From contig JAFGXO010000050.1 in the NCBI GenBank assembly GCA_016936595.1, positions 87-64,086 on the forward strand: DNA of 64,000 nucleotides. Direction: 5' to 3'. Below, piece by piece: positions 28,668 to 37,792 of this stretch. The notes beneath the pieces are model-generated. The model saw nothing but the letters and a program-made list of their open reading frames with translations. It did no database searches and was not told where the DNA came from. The stretch comes from Bacteroidales bacterium. Its GTDB lineage: Bacteria > Bacteroidota > Bacteroidia > Bacteroidales > JAFGUD01. Position numbers and translations under genes: made by a program. How positions within the stretch are numbered: the stretch's first letter is position 1; each line of letters starts with the position of its first letter.

Positions 28668-31622
28668 CTATTTTAACCTAAAATAATATCGTTTGCCGAA
28701 AATCTTAACCGAAAATCTTTTTTTATTAGAATTAACTACATGAATAAATTTAAGTTCAACTTGTGTGCCTGTTGAATTTCCTTTTGGGTCAAATTTATCA
28801 AGAATATTAAGCTCAATTTTTTTAACTCCGGCTGTATTTAAAAGATTAATACGTTCTTCTAAATTTTTCACACCGGTTGATTTATGCCCTTTTCTACGTA
28901 GAGCTATCTCAGCAGCCTTTTCACGACCAATTCCGTTATCATCAATTATACACGTAAAAGATTTATCGTCAATTTTTTTAATAGAAAGAGTTAAAACTCC
29001 ATTTTTTTTAAGAGGAGCTAACCCGTGCCAAATAGCGTTTTCTAAAATAGGTTGAAGAACCATAGTAGGTAAAAAAACCGCTTGCTGTTTTATATTTTCA
29101 TCAATTTGAAGATTAAACGTAAAGCTATCGTCGAACCTCATTTTTTCGAGTTCAAGATATAGTTTAAGAGTGTTAATTTCTTCTTCGAGATTAATAAATT
29201 CGTGCTTTGAATTATCTAAAACTTTACGCATTAAAGTTGCAAAACTTGTAAGATAAAAATCAGCGTTATCTGCATCATTTTCAAGTATATATCTTCTGAT
29301 AGAATTAAGGGCATTGAAAATAAAATGCGGATTCATTTGCGACCGCAGAGCTTTTTGTTCGGCTCGCATCATTTTACGTTTTAGCCGCAAATCTTTTTCA
29401 AGCCTATTAAACCGAAAAGTTAAAATGCCTCCGGCCGAAATAAAAATCAATATTAGTAATAGAATGTAAAATGCTAATGTTCGTGTAAATTTTTTTTTGA
29501 TATAAAATTTAATTTTAATAGGAATTTTATTCCATGTTTTACCATCAGCAGATGATAATAAAAACAATGTGTACTCTCCGGGCAACAAATTGGGGAAGCG
29601 AAGAAAGCGGTCGGCTGTATTGTTCCATTCTTCGTCGTATCCTTCGAGTTTATATTTGTATAAAACCTTGTCGCCTGCACTAAAACTTATTCCTTTGTAA
29701 TAAAATGTTAAGGTATTATTAGAAGGCGAAAATTTATAAAAAGTATCTATTTTAATTTTATTGTTGTTAACTAAAATACTATCAAGATGAAATTCGGGAG
29801 GATTAAAATTTTTCTCAACATTATCAGGGTAAAAAGAAATCAGCCCTTTTGTTGTTCCCAAAAACAAACAATCTCCATTTTTATCAATATCTTTAATTTC
29901 AATAGCATAAAGACCGTCGATATCGGTAAATTGAGTGGTAAAAATTTGCAACGAATCATTATTTTCTATTAAATTAATTCTACACAATCCTTTGTTTGTT
30001 CCTGCCCAAATATCATTATCGGCAGCAAAAACAGTATTAACGAAATTTGAATTTAAACCACTGCTTTCGTTCAAAATTTTAAGCTCATTATCTGTTTTGG
30101 AATAAAGAAAAACACCATCGCCGTTTGTGGCTACTACAATATATTTTTTAAACATTGTAATATCATTTATACGTGCTTTAAGAGAAGGAAATTCATCACC
30201 TAAAAAAGAATATTGTCCATTAGAAAAAAGAAATAAACCATTGATAGTTCCTATCCATACATTTTCATTTGCATCAACATAAATAGCATTTGAAGTAGGC
30301 AAATTATCGTAAGGGTATGTTTTGCATATTGTATCACAATAAATATTTAATCCTTTATCCGAATTAATATATACTTTGTTTTTTCTTGCAAAAGCACGAT
30401 AACTTCTTGTTAACGTGTCAACTACAGTTATTATATTATTATGTTCTTTTATTAACTCATTTCCTAAATACCAAACAGAACTATCCTCTGTAACAACAAT
30501 ATCCTGAATTGCATAATCTCTACCGCTTTTTAGTTGAAGGTTTTGGATAGACATAATTCTATGCCCTGTTATTGAACATTTTACAACTTGACGATCGTAA
30601 GTGGAAAAATACAAAAAATCATTGAATATTTTAAGAGAAACTATATTAAATAAGGGTATTCCGAATCTTTTGTATGAAATAAATTGAAAAGAAGGAGAAT
30701 AAAAAACCCCATTTTCGGTAGTTGAAAGCCAATAACCATTTTGATGATCCTGAAAAACAGCTATTGGCGACATTCCAGACAAATAGATTTCGGGAAGAAT
30801 ATTAAAATCTGAATTTGCATAATAATATACCCCTTCGTACAGCACACTTATCCAAAAATTTTTCTTGTTATCAACAAAAACACCACTAATTTCATTTTTA
30901 TAAGTTTTTATACTAATAATATGATTATTACGAATATAATAAAGTTTGTTTGATATAGAAATCAAATATTCTCCAAATCTTATTTTATAAATATTTTTCC
31001 TAAAACCATTATTAATACCTATAATAAAAAAACCTTTATCGTTCACCTCAAGATAAACAGAATCGCTTCTTTCCTGTCCGCGAATGTATGCACTTACAAC
31101 GCCCCCATCAATTTCATTAAAATAAAAAGCAGAATAATGACTTTCAGGGATTCTATTATAAACATTTCCATTTTTATCAAATTCAAAAATTCCTCCTCTA
31201 AGCGGCATTATCCACACACTTGAGTCTTTGTCAACAAAAAGATTATTAACATAATAATTTTTAGAAAGCTTGATTAATGTGTCATTATAATTATAAATGT
31301 TAAAATTGTCATTTTCGTAATAACTTAACGAGCCATCATAGGTAGCAAACCAAATTCTGCCATTTATATCGTAAAACATTTTAATTATTGAATTTGAAGG
31401 CAAACCGTCGCTTGCGGTGTAATTTTTAAAACTATAACCATCAAACCTACTTAGTCCCCTACTGGTTCCAAACCACATGTAGCCAGCAGAATCTTGCATC
31501 TGACAATATACTTCGGAACTCGAAAGCCCCATATCTGTTGAAAAATGTTTAAATTCGGCATACTGACTTTTTAAAATGCTGCTGATAAACAAAAGAAGTA
31601 TTATTGTTAGAGTTTTTTTCAT
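28668..31622 (-). CDS. LytS/YehU-type sensor histidine kinase with periplasmic beta-propeller and Y_Y_Y domain
   Basis: Repeated QD..G.MWFGT..GL propeller motifs, YKYKLEGYD, a TM helix, LRSQMNPHFIFNALNS, ENAIWHG, DNGIG. Confidence 0.92.
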   Translation of the reverse strand: MKKTLTIILLLFISSILKSQYAEFKHFSTDMGLSSSEVYCQMQDSAGYMWFGTSRGLSRFDGYSFKNYTASDGLPSNSIIKMFYDINGRIWFATYDGSLSYYENDNFNIYNYNDTLIKLSKNYYVNNLFVDKDSSVWIMPLRGGIFEFDKNGNVYNRIPESHYSAFYFNEIDGGVVSAYIRGQERSDSVYLEVNDKGFFIIGINNGFRKNIYKIRFGEYLISISNKLYYIRNNHIISIKTYKNEISGVFVDNKKNFWISVLYEGVYYYANSDFNILPEIYLSGMSPIAVFQDHQNGYWLSTTENGVFYSPSFQFISYKRFGIPLFNIVSLKIFNDFLYFSTYDRQVVKCSITGHRIMSIQNLQLKSGRDYAIQDIVVTEDSSVWYLGNELIKEHNNIITVVDTLTRSYRAFARKNKVYINSDKGLNIYCDTICKTYPYDNLPTSNAIYVDANENVWIGTINGLFLFSNGQYSFLGDEFPSLKARINDITMFKKYIVVATNGDGVFLYSKTDNELKILNESSGLNSNFVNTVFAADNDIWAGTNKGLCRINLIENNDSLQIFTTQFTDIDGLYAIEIKDIDKNGDCLFLGTTKGLISFYPDNVEKNFNPPEFHLDSILVNNNKIKIDTFYKFSPSNNTLTFYYKGISFSAGDKVLYKYKLEGYDEEWNNTADRFLRFPNLLPGEYTLFLLSSADGKTWNKIPIKIKFYIKKKFTRTLAFYILLLILIFISAGGILTFRFNRLEKDLRLKRKMMRAEQKALRSQMNPHFIFNALNSIRRYILENDADNADFYLTSFATLMRKVLDNSKHEFINLEEEINTLKLYLELEKMRFDDSFTFNLQIDENIKQQAVFLPTMVLQPILENAIWHGLAPLKKNGVLTLSIKKIDDKSFTCIIDDNGIGREKAAEIALRRKGHKSTGVKNLEERINLLNTAGVKKIELNILDKFDPKGNSTGTQVELKFIHVVNSNKKRFSVKIFGKRYYFRLK

Positions 31623-31626
31623 TCAA

Positions 31627-32226
31627 TTAGAAATCAATTTTATATTGATAATAAAATTTGCAAAAACTTTTTCTGTGATATTTTGTTAATCCAAAATCTA
31701 TAACTGCTTTTTTATGTTCTTTAGTTGCGTAACCTTTATTTTTAAACCACAAATATTCCGCAAATTCTTTATCAATTTTTTGCATAAAATCATCTCTAAA
31801 AGTTTTTGCTAATATCGACGCAGCTGCAATTGATGCAAAAATTCCATCGCCTTTAATTATTGTTTGGTGCGATATTTTTTTATAAGGCTTAAATTTATTC
31901 CCATCAACCAAAATAAATTCGGGTTTTATTGTTAATTTATCTAAAGCTCTGTGCATAGCCTCAATAGAGGCATTTAGTATGTTTATTTTATCAATTTCTA
32001 TGTTATTAACAGTACCAACAGTCCAGTCGATTGCATTTTTAATAATAATATCGCGTAAAATAAGCCGTTTTTTTTCACTAAGTTTTTTTGAATCATTTAA
32101 AAGCTCATTTTTAAAACTATCAGGCAGAATAACAGCCGCTGCAAAAACAGGACCGGCAAGACACCCCCTACCCGCCTCATCACAACCCGCTTCGATTAAA
32201 TTTTCAGTATATCTTAATTTCAGCAT
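31627..32226 (-). CDS. rnhB: Ribonuclease HII
   Basis: GCDEAGRG.LAGPV, NDSKKL, VDGN, KGD, AAASILAK. Confidence 0.96.
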   Translation of the reverse strand: MLKLRYTENLIEAGCDEAGRGCLAGPVFAAAVILPDSFKNELLNDSKKLSEKKRLILRDIIIKNAIDWTVGTVNNIEIDKINILNASIEAMHRALDKLTIKPEFILVDGNKFKPYKKISHQTIIKGDGIFASIAAASILAKTFRDDFMQKIDKEFAEYLWFKNKGYATKEHKKAVIDFGLTKYHRKSFCKFYYQYKIDF

Positions 32227-32232
32227 AAATTA

Positions 32233-32940
32233 TTAATCAACAAGCGTTCCTATTTTTTCTCCTAACACCAATTTTTTCAAATTTCCTATTTTGTGCATAT
32301 CAAAAACACGAATAGGCATGTTATTTTCATTACACAAAGAAAAAGCAGTTATATCCATAACTTTCAATTCTTTATCAATAGCTTCTTTAAATGAAACATG
32401 TTCATATTTTACAGCATTAGGATCTTTTTTAGGATCGGCAGTATAAACTCCGTCAACGTTTGTGCCTTTTAACAAAATATCGGCTCCTGTTTCAATAGCT
32501 CTGAGAGCTGCTGCCGAATCGGTTGTAAAAAAAGGATTACTTGTACCCCCCGAAAAAATAGTTACATAACCCTCGTCATGGTATCTTTTAGCTTTGTCGG
32601 GAGAATATCTTTCAGCAAAGGGCTCCATAAAAGTTGATGTTAAAACAACAGCTTTAACATTATTTGCATTAAATTCAGCCTGCAAAGCGATACCATTCAT
32701 CACTGTTGCAAGCATGCCCATATAATCACCTTTTATTCTGTTCAAACCTTTTTCAACTCCCTTTAATCCTCTGAAAATATTTCCACCACCAACAACAATT
32801 CCAACCTCTACTCCGAGATTAGCAATTTCAATAATTTGAGAAACAAATTCACTAACTTTTTTAGTAGAATAGCCGAAATTTTGGGCTCCGGCAAGTGCTT
32901 CGCCACTTAATTTCAATAAAATTTTTTTATATTTTAACAT
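32233..32940 (-). CDS. pyrH: Uridylate kinase
   Basis: LLKLSGEAL, GGGNIFRG, DYMGMLAT, PFFTTDSAA, VMD.TA. Confidence 0.96.
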   Translation of the reverse strand: MLKYKKILLKLSGEALAGAQNFGYSTKKVSEFVSQIIEIANLGVEVGIVVGGGNIFRGLKGVEKGLNRIKGDYMGMLATVMNGIALQAEFNANNVKAVVLTSTFMEPFAERYSPDKAKRYHDEGYVTIFSGGTSNPFFTTDSAAALRAIETGADILLKGTNVDGVYTADPKKDPNAVKYEHVSFKEAIDKELKVMDITAFSLCNENNMPIRVFDMHKIGNLKKLVLGEKIGTLVD

Positions 32941-33136
32941 ATTAGTTATTTTTGAAAATCTAATTTAAACCACGCATTTACAAATTTCTTTGTAAAGCAC
33001 ATAATTCTTTTAAAAAAAATACGTTACTTTTATAAAATCAAAAACAAAGATACAATTAAAAATAATTTTAAAAAATTGAACTTTTAAGATAATTTTGCGG
33101 TCTCTAAAATAAAGTAATTTTACAAAATAAATGATT

Positions 33137-33958
33137 ATGAAAAAAATAATTTTTACATTGGCTATGCTTGCAGTGATAAGCACCGCTTTTTCTCAGAAAC
33201 CTGAAATGGTTTTTATCGAAGGAGGTCAATTTTATATGGGGAATGACTATTCGGTTTCGCTTGATGAAAAACCTGAACACAAGGTGGTTCTTAATGATTT
33301 TTACATCAGCAAGTACGAAGTTACATTTGAGATGTTCGATAACTTTTGTCGTTCTACCGGATTTCAAGAACCCGATGATGGTGGTTTTGGTCGTGGAAAT
33401 AATCCTGTTATTAACGTTAGCTGGGAAGGTGCAATTAAATATTGCAACTGGTTAAGCACTCGTTTTGGATACGATAAAGTTTACGATTTGAAGATTGACA
33501 GCGGTGGTATGGTTATTGAAAATGTAAACTGGAATGCCGATGGTTATAGATTACCTACTGAAGCTGAATGGGAATATGTTGCAAAAGGTGGTAACAACTC
33601 GCAAGGGTTTGCTTATGCCGGAAGTAATGATCCTAAAGATGTTGCTTGGTTTACACAAAATTCAGGAAATAAACCTCACACTGTTGGTTCTTTAAAAGCT
33701 AATGAATTAGCTGTTTTTGATATTCTTGGAAACGCATGGGAATGGTGTTGGGATTACTATGATAAAGGATATTACAAAAATTCTCCGGATACTGATCCTC
33801 AAGGACCTGCAAGTGGAGACCATAGAGTTTACAGAGGTGGTAATTTTAATAGCGATATTGATTTCATTAGAGTAACTAAACGTTTTGCCCTTTCTCCAAC
33901 ATTATCTACAGGTTTAGTAGGTATCAGATTAGCTCAAAGCGGAACTTCTCAACAATAA
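33137..33958 (+). CDS. Exported FGE-sulfatase (SUMF1/EgtB/PvdO) domain protein
   Basis: Signal peptide. GGQFYMG, EVT, PV.NVSW, RLPTEAEWEY, GNAWEW, RGG, GIRLA. Lacks the catalytic FGE cysteines. Confidence 0.85.
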   Translation: MKKIIFTLAMLAVISTAFSQKPEMVFIEGGQFYMGNDYSVSLDEKPEHKVVLNDFYISKYEVTFEMFDNFCRSTGFQEPDDGGFGRGNNPVINVSWEGAIKYCNWLSTRFGYDKVYDLKIDSGGMVIENVNWNADGYRLPTEAEWEYVAKGGNNSQGFAYAGSNDPKDVAWFTQNSGNKPHTVGSLKANELAVFDILGNAWEWCWDYYDKGYYKNSPDTDPQGPASGDHRVYRGGNFNSDIDFIRVTKRFALSPTLSTGLVGIRLAQSGTSQQ

Positions 33959-33970
33959 TTTAAAAATATT

Positions 33971-34001
33971 TTTGGTGGCTGTCTTAAATTTTATACTTTT
34001 G
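33971..34001 (+). promoter_or_regulatory. Promoter of tRNA-Ala (-33 TTTG, -7 TACTTTTG)
   Basis: TTTG at 33971-33974, 19 nt spacer, TACTTTTG at 33994-34001. Confidence 0.55.
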
Positions 34002-34014
34002 ACAGCTCTTTTTG

Positions 34015-34088
34015 GGGGGATTAGCTCAGTTGGCTAGAGCGTTTGACTGGCAGTCAAAAGGTCATCGGTTCGATTCCGATATTCTCCA
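34015..34088 (+). tRNA. tRNA-Ala (GGC)
   Basis: Acceptor GGGGGAT/ATTCTCC with G3:U70. D arm AGCTCAGTTGGCTAGAGC. Anticodon arm TTTGA-CTGGCAG-TCAAA. T arm GGTTCGATTCC. CCA not encoded. Confidence 0.95.
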
Positions 34089-34099
34089 CGCTGAAAATC

Positions 34100-34129
34100 A
34101 GGCTCTTACAGAAACGTAGGGGCTTTTTT
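34100..34129 (+). terminator. Intrinsic terminator after the tRNA
   Basis: aggctcttac..gtaggggcttttt hairpin with T tail. Confidence 0.6.
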
Positions 34130-34183
34130 GTTTTTTAAATGTACAAACAATTTGCACACTTATTTGATTATATTCACTAAATT

Positions 34184-35335
34184 ATGCGGAAAATTGCAGC
34201 ACATTATATCTTTCCTGTTACTACCAAACCTTTAAAAAATGGAATAATTATCATTAATGATTACGGTGAAATTATTGAAATTATCGACACAAAAGGAGAT
34301 TTGAAAGAAACTTCATCATTAGAATTTTACAACGGAGTAATCGTCCCGGGATTTATTAATACTCATTGCCACCTTGAACTTTCGTATCTAAAAGGCAAAA
34401 TACCAATGCATACCGGACACGTTGAATTTATCCGCCAAATTGTAGAAAACATCAAAACTACGGAAGTTGATGTTGATAAAATAGAAAACGCATTCCTTGA
34501 AATGAAAAAAGAAGGCATCGTTGCAGTAGCTGATATTTCAAACAGAGAAATTACAAGCCAAATAAAACAAAATAACGACATTTATTTTCACACCTTTATT
34601 GAATTAGCAGACTTTTTTAACAATGAAAACATCGAAACACAAATTTCTGTCGGAAAAAAACTTGGAAAAAATTTCATCAAAAAATCTATTGTTGCACATG
34701 CTCCCTATACTTGTTCTCCTGAATTTATTGTTGAAACGGCAAAATTAAGCAGAGACGTTTATTCTATTCATAATCAGGAAGTTAAATCTGAAAACGAAAT
34801 GTACATTAAAGGCTCCGGTGAAATATTTAATCTATTAAAACAAAGAAATCCGTTCAGCGATTTTAATATAACCAAAAAAACAGCTTTACAAAGCTATTTA
34901 GATAAAATTTCGCGAAATGATTTGAATATTTTATTAGTTCACAACATCTTTACAACCGAAGAAGACATTAAATATGCAGAAAATTTATCCGAAAACATAT
35001 ACTGGACATTGTGCCCAAAATCTAATCTTTTTATTCAAAATAAACTGCCTGAAATTAAAAATTTCATTAAAAATAATTGCAAAATTACTCTCGGCACAGA
35101 TAGTTTAGCCACTAATAACAGATTAAGCATTATAGAAGAAATGAAAAATTTTACTGAATTTAATTTTACCGAAGTACTAAAATGGGCAACTATTAACGGA
35201 GCAAAAGCTCTAAAAATTAACAATATATATGGTTCAATTGAAATTGGTAAAAAACCGGGGTTAAACCTCATTTCTAATTTTGATTTTAAAAATAACCATT
35301 TAAAAAAAGACAGTTTTGTGAAAAAAATAATGTAA
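34184..35335 (+). CDS. Metal-dependent amidohydrolase (nucleoside/aminodeoxyfutalosine deaminase-like)
   Basis: PGFINTHCHLE, HAPY, IHNQE, LVH, CPKSN, LGTDS, ATINGAKAL. Confidence 0.82.
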   Translation: MRKIAAHYIFPVTTKPLKNGIIIINDYGEIIEIIDTKGDLKETSSLEFYNGVIVPGFINTHCHLELSYLKGKIPMHTGHVEFIRQIVENIKTTEVDVDKIENAFLEMKKEGIVAVADISNREITSQIKQNNDIYFHTFIELADFFNNENIETQISVGKKLGKNFIKKSIVAHAPYTCSPEFIVETAKLSRDVYSIHNQEVKSENEMYIKGSGEIFNLLKQRNPFSDFNITKKTALQSYLDKISRNDLNILLVHNIFTTEEDIKYAENLSENIYWTLCPKSNLFIQNKLPEIKNFIKNNCKITLGTDSLATNNRLSIIEEMKNFTEFNFTEVLKWATINGAKALKINNIYGSIEIGKKPGLNLISNFDFKNNHLKKDSFVKKIM

Positions 35336-35465
35336 AAAAATTTAGAATTAATATTATTTGCCAAACAAAAATAATTTTGCTGTTTAAAAACAAAATTTTG
35401 CCTTTTGATTAAAAAATGTTTCCTTTGTTTTTGTATTTACTAAACTTTTAGAAATTTTTAATCAA

Positions 35466-36377
35466 ATGAAAAACAATAGTTTAGTGTCAATTTCAGATTA
35501 TTCTGTTGATGACATTTGGCAAATTTTAGAATATGCCAAGTATTTTGAAAACAATCCTCGCCCGGATTTAATACCCAACAAAGTAGTAGCATCTCTGTTT
35601 TTTGAACCATCTACTCGCACCCGATTAAGCTTTGAAACAGCTATTCAACGTCTTGGAGGCAGAGTTATCGGGTTTACCGATGCTGGAACTTCAAGCGTTA
35701 GCAAAGGTGAAACACTTAAAGACACAATTTTAACTGTAGCAAATTACACCGACTTAATTGTTATGCGTCACCCAATTGAAGGAAGTGCCAGATTTGCCAG
35801 CGAAGTTTCTCCTATTCCGATTATTAATGCAGGCGATGGTGCTAATCAACACCCGACTCAAACTCTTCTTGATTTGTATTCTATCTACAAAACTCAAGGT
35901 AAACTAAACAACTTAAACATTGTTATGGTTGGCGACTTAAAATACGGAAGAACTGTTCACTCTTTGGTACATGCTTTAACCGATTTTAATCCCACTTTCC
36001 ATTTTGTTGCCCATAATCTACTAAGCATACCCAACGAATACAAATTGCTTCTAAAAGAAAAAAACATAGATTTTTATGAATATCAAAATTTTGATAAAGT
36101 AATTGATTTTGCAGATATAATTTATATGACTCGTGTTCAAAAAGAGCGTTTTTCGGACTTAATTGAATACGAAAAAACCAAAGACGCATATCAACTCAGA
36201 AAAAATATGCTAAAAAATACTAAACCAAACCTAAAAATAATGCACCCACTACCTCGAGTTAACGAAATATCTATTGATGTTGATGATACTACTCAAGCTT
36301 ATTATTTTCAACAAGCAAAAAATGGAGTTTATACCCGTCAGGCAATTATAACAAAAGTCCTTGATTTGAAAATTTAA
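35466..36377 (+). CDS. pyrB: Aspartate carbamoyltransferase catalytic subunit
   Basis: [32 protein letters not shown]. Confidence 0.96.
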   Translation: MKNNSLVSISDYSVDDIWQILEYAKYFENNPRPDLIPNKVVASLFFEPSTRTRLSFETAIQRLGGRVIGFTDAGTSSVSKGETLKDTILTVANYTDLIVMRHPIEGSARFASEVSPIPIINAGDGANQHPTQTLLDLYSIYKTQGKLNNLNIVMVGDLKYGRTVHSLVHALTDFNPTFHFVAHNLLSIPNEYKLLLKEKNIDFYEYQNFDKVIDFADIIYMTRVQKERFSDLIEYEKTKDAYQLRKNMLKNTKPNLKIMHPLPRVNEISIDVDDTTQAYYFQQAKNGVYTRQAIITKVLDLKI

Positions 36378-36384
36378 TCACTCT

Positions 36385-36936
36385 ATGAAAAATAATCCTT
36401 CGATAACTATTTTTTTGTCTTTAATTTTGTTTCTGCTAATTTTTTATTCCTGCAAAAACGACAATGAAGAAAGTGACAATATGGACTCCTTAAAAATAAC
36501 AATAATAGACTCTACAACTATTGACTCTTCAAACATAACTGTTTCATCTGAACGAATTGTTGCCGATACTCAAATATTATTTTTTATGCCTTCGCCAAAA
36601 GAACGACAAGATTTTATAAAATTTTATGGAGTATATAGTCAATACGAATTTCAAACAATGTTTACTAATTTCGGCAACTTATCCAACAGCGTAAAAAGTG
36701 CAATGCGGACGAGCGGAATACCTGTTGAAGTTACCTATGCTAAAAAATTTATTTTTCCTTTAAGTGATGATACTCTAATTTATGACTTATCAATTGAAGG
36801 ACAAATGCTGGGGTTTATTCTTTCCGATGGAATAAATTACCCTTTAATTAGAAACGGCGTTCAAAAAACCAGAGATGTTTCAAACGACATTAGAAATTAT
36901 TTTAATATTTCAAATTTTTCGATATACTGGGAATAA
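36385..36936 (+). CDS. Hypothetical lipoprotein
   Basis: Lipobox FYSC followed by acidic KNDNEESD, resembling a surface-export signal. Confidence 0.7.
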   Translation: MKNNPSITIFLSLILFLLIFYSCKNDNEESDNMDSLKITIIDSTTIDSSNITVSSERIVADTQILFFMPSPKERQDFIKFYGVYSQYEFQTMFTNFGNLSNSVKSAMRTSGIPVEVTYAKKFIFPLSDDTLIYDLSIEGQMLGFILSDGINYPLIRNGVQKTRDVSNDIRNYFNISNFSIYWE

Positions 36937-36939
36937 ATA

Positions 36940-37545
36940 ATGAATTACGACGCAAAATCAGCCAAATATTACGATAAAGTTCTTGCACCGGCTCTTAATA
37001 GAATCAGGAAACACACCGTTAAAATCATTAAAAAACACAACTTCAAATCAGTGGTTGATTTTTGTTGCGGAACCGGCAATCAACTTAAATTTTTGTTAAA
37101 AGCAGGTTATACCGACGTTGTAGGTGTTGATTTATCAGAAAATATGATAGCTCAAACTAAAGTTGGCAAATTTAACCCCAAATGTTTGCTCGAAGATGCC
37201 ACAAACACAACATTTCCCGAAAACTATTACGATGTTGCTATGGTTAGTTTGGCAATGCACGAAAAATCAAAAAAAATTGCAATTGGTATGATTGAAGAGG
37301 CAAAAAGAGTAGTTAAACCAAACGGATTTTTTATTACTACGGATTATTGTTTTGATAAAAAATCTTTTTTTATTGGAAGATGGGGAGCTACTTGGGTTGA
37401 AAAAAAAGTTGGTGGTGAACATTACGAAAACTTTAAAAAATATGTTGCCTTTGGTGGCTTAAATAATTTAATGAAAGATTATATTTTTATTGAAGAAAAA
37501 AGATTTTTATTTGGAGCAGTTACTTTGAGGCTTTATAAATTTTAA
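36940..37545 (+). CDS. Class I SAM-dependent methyltransferase
   Basis: VDFCCGTG motif I, GVDLS, RVVKPNG. Confidence 0.85.
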   Translation: MNYDAKSAKYYDKVLAPALNRIRKHTVKIIKKHNFKSVVDFCCGTGNQLKFLLKAGYTDVVGVDLSENMIAQTKVGKFNPKCLLEDATNTTFPENYYDVAMVSLAMHEKSKKIAIGMIEEAKRVVKPNGFFITTDYCFDKKSFFIGRWGATWVEKKVGGEHYENFKKYVAFGGLNNLMKDYIFIEEKRFLFGAVTLRLYKF

Positions 37546-37792
37546 CCATAAATATATTTGTCAGAAATAAACCTCTTTGCTGTTTTTATTTGGAGTGATA
37601 AATTATTCTTGTAGAAAATACGCATACAAAAACAGTCAATGAAAAACAAAACAAACGTAACTTAAAACATTATTAACATTCCACTCCTATGCTTTTGGCT
37701 GTTTGCAATTACAATTAAAAGTTTATTATTTGTCCATTAATATACTTATTTTATTTTTGTAGAAACTTTACAAACTATCAAAACTTAAAATA

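Noticed and set aside
33137-33958. FGE-domain gene as gliding/T9SS gldJ or gldK, or as a true formylglycine-generating enzyme
   Set aside because: It is short, has no lipobox, has no gldLMN neighbours and lacks the catalytic cysteines.
34015-34183. tRNA-Ala as the integration site of a mobile element
   Set aside because: No integrase nearby, no duplicated tRNA 3' end seen, and housekeeping-type genes follow directly.
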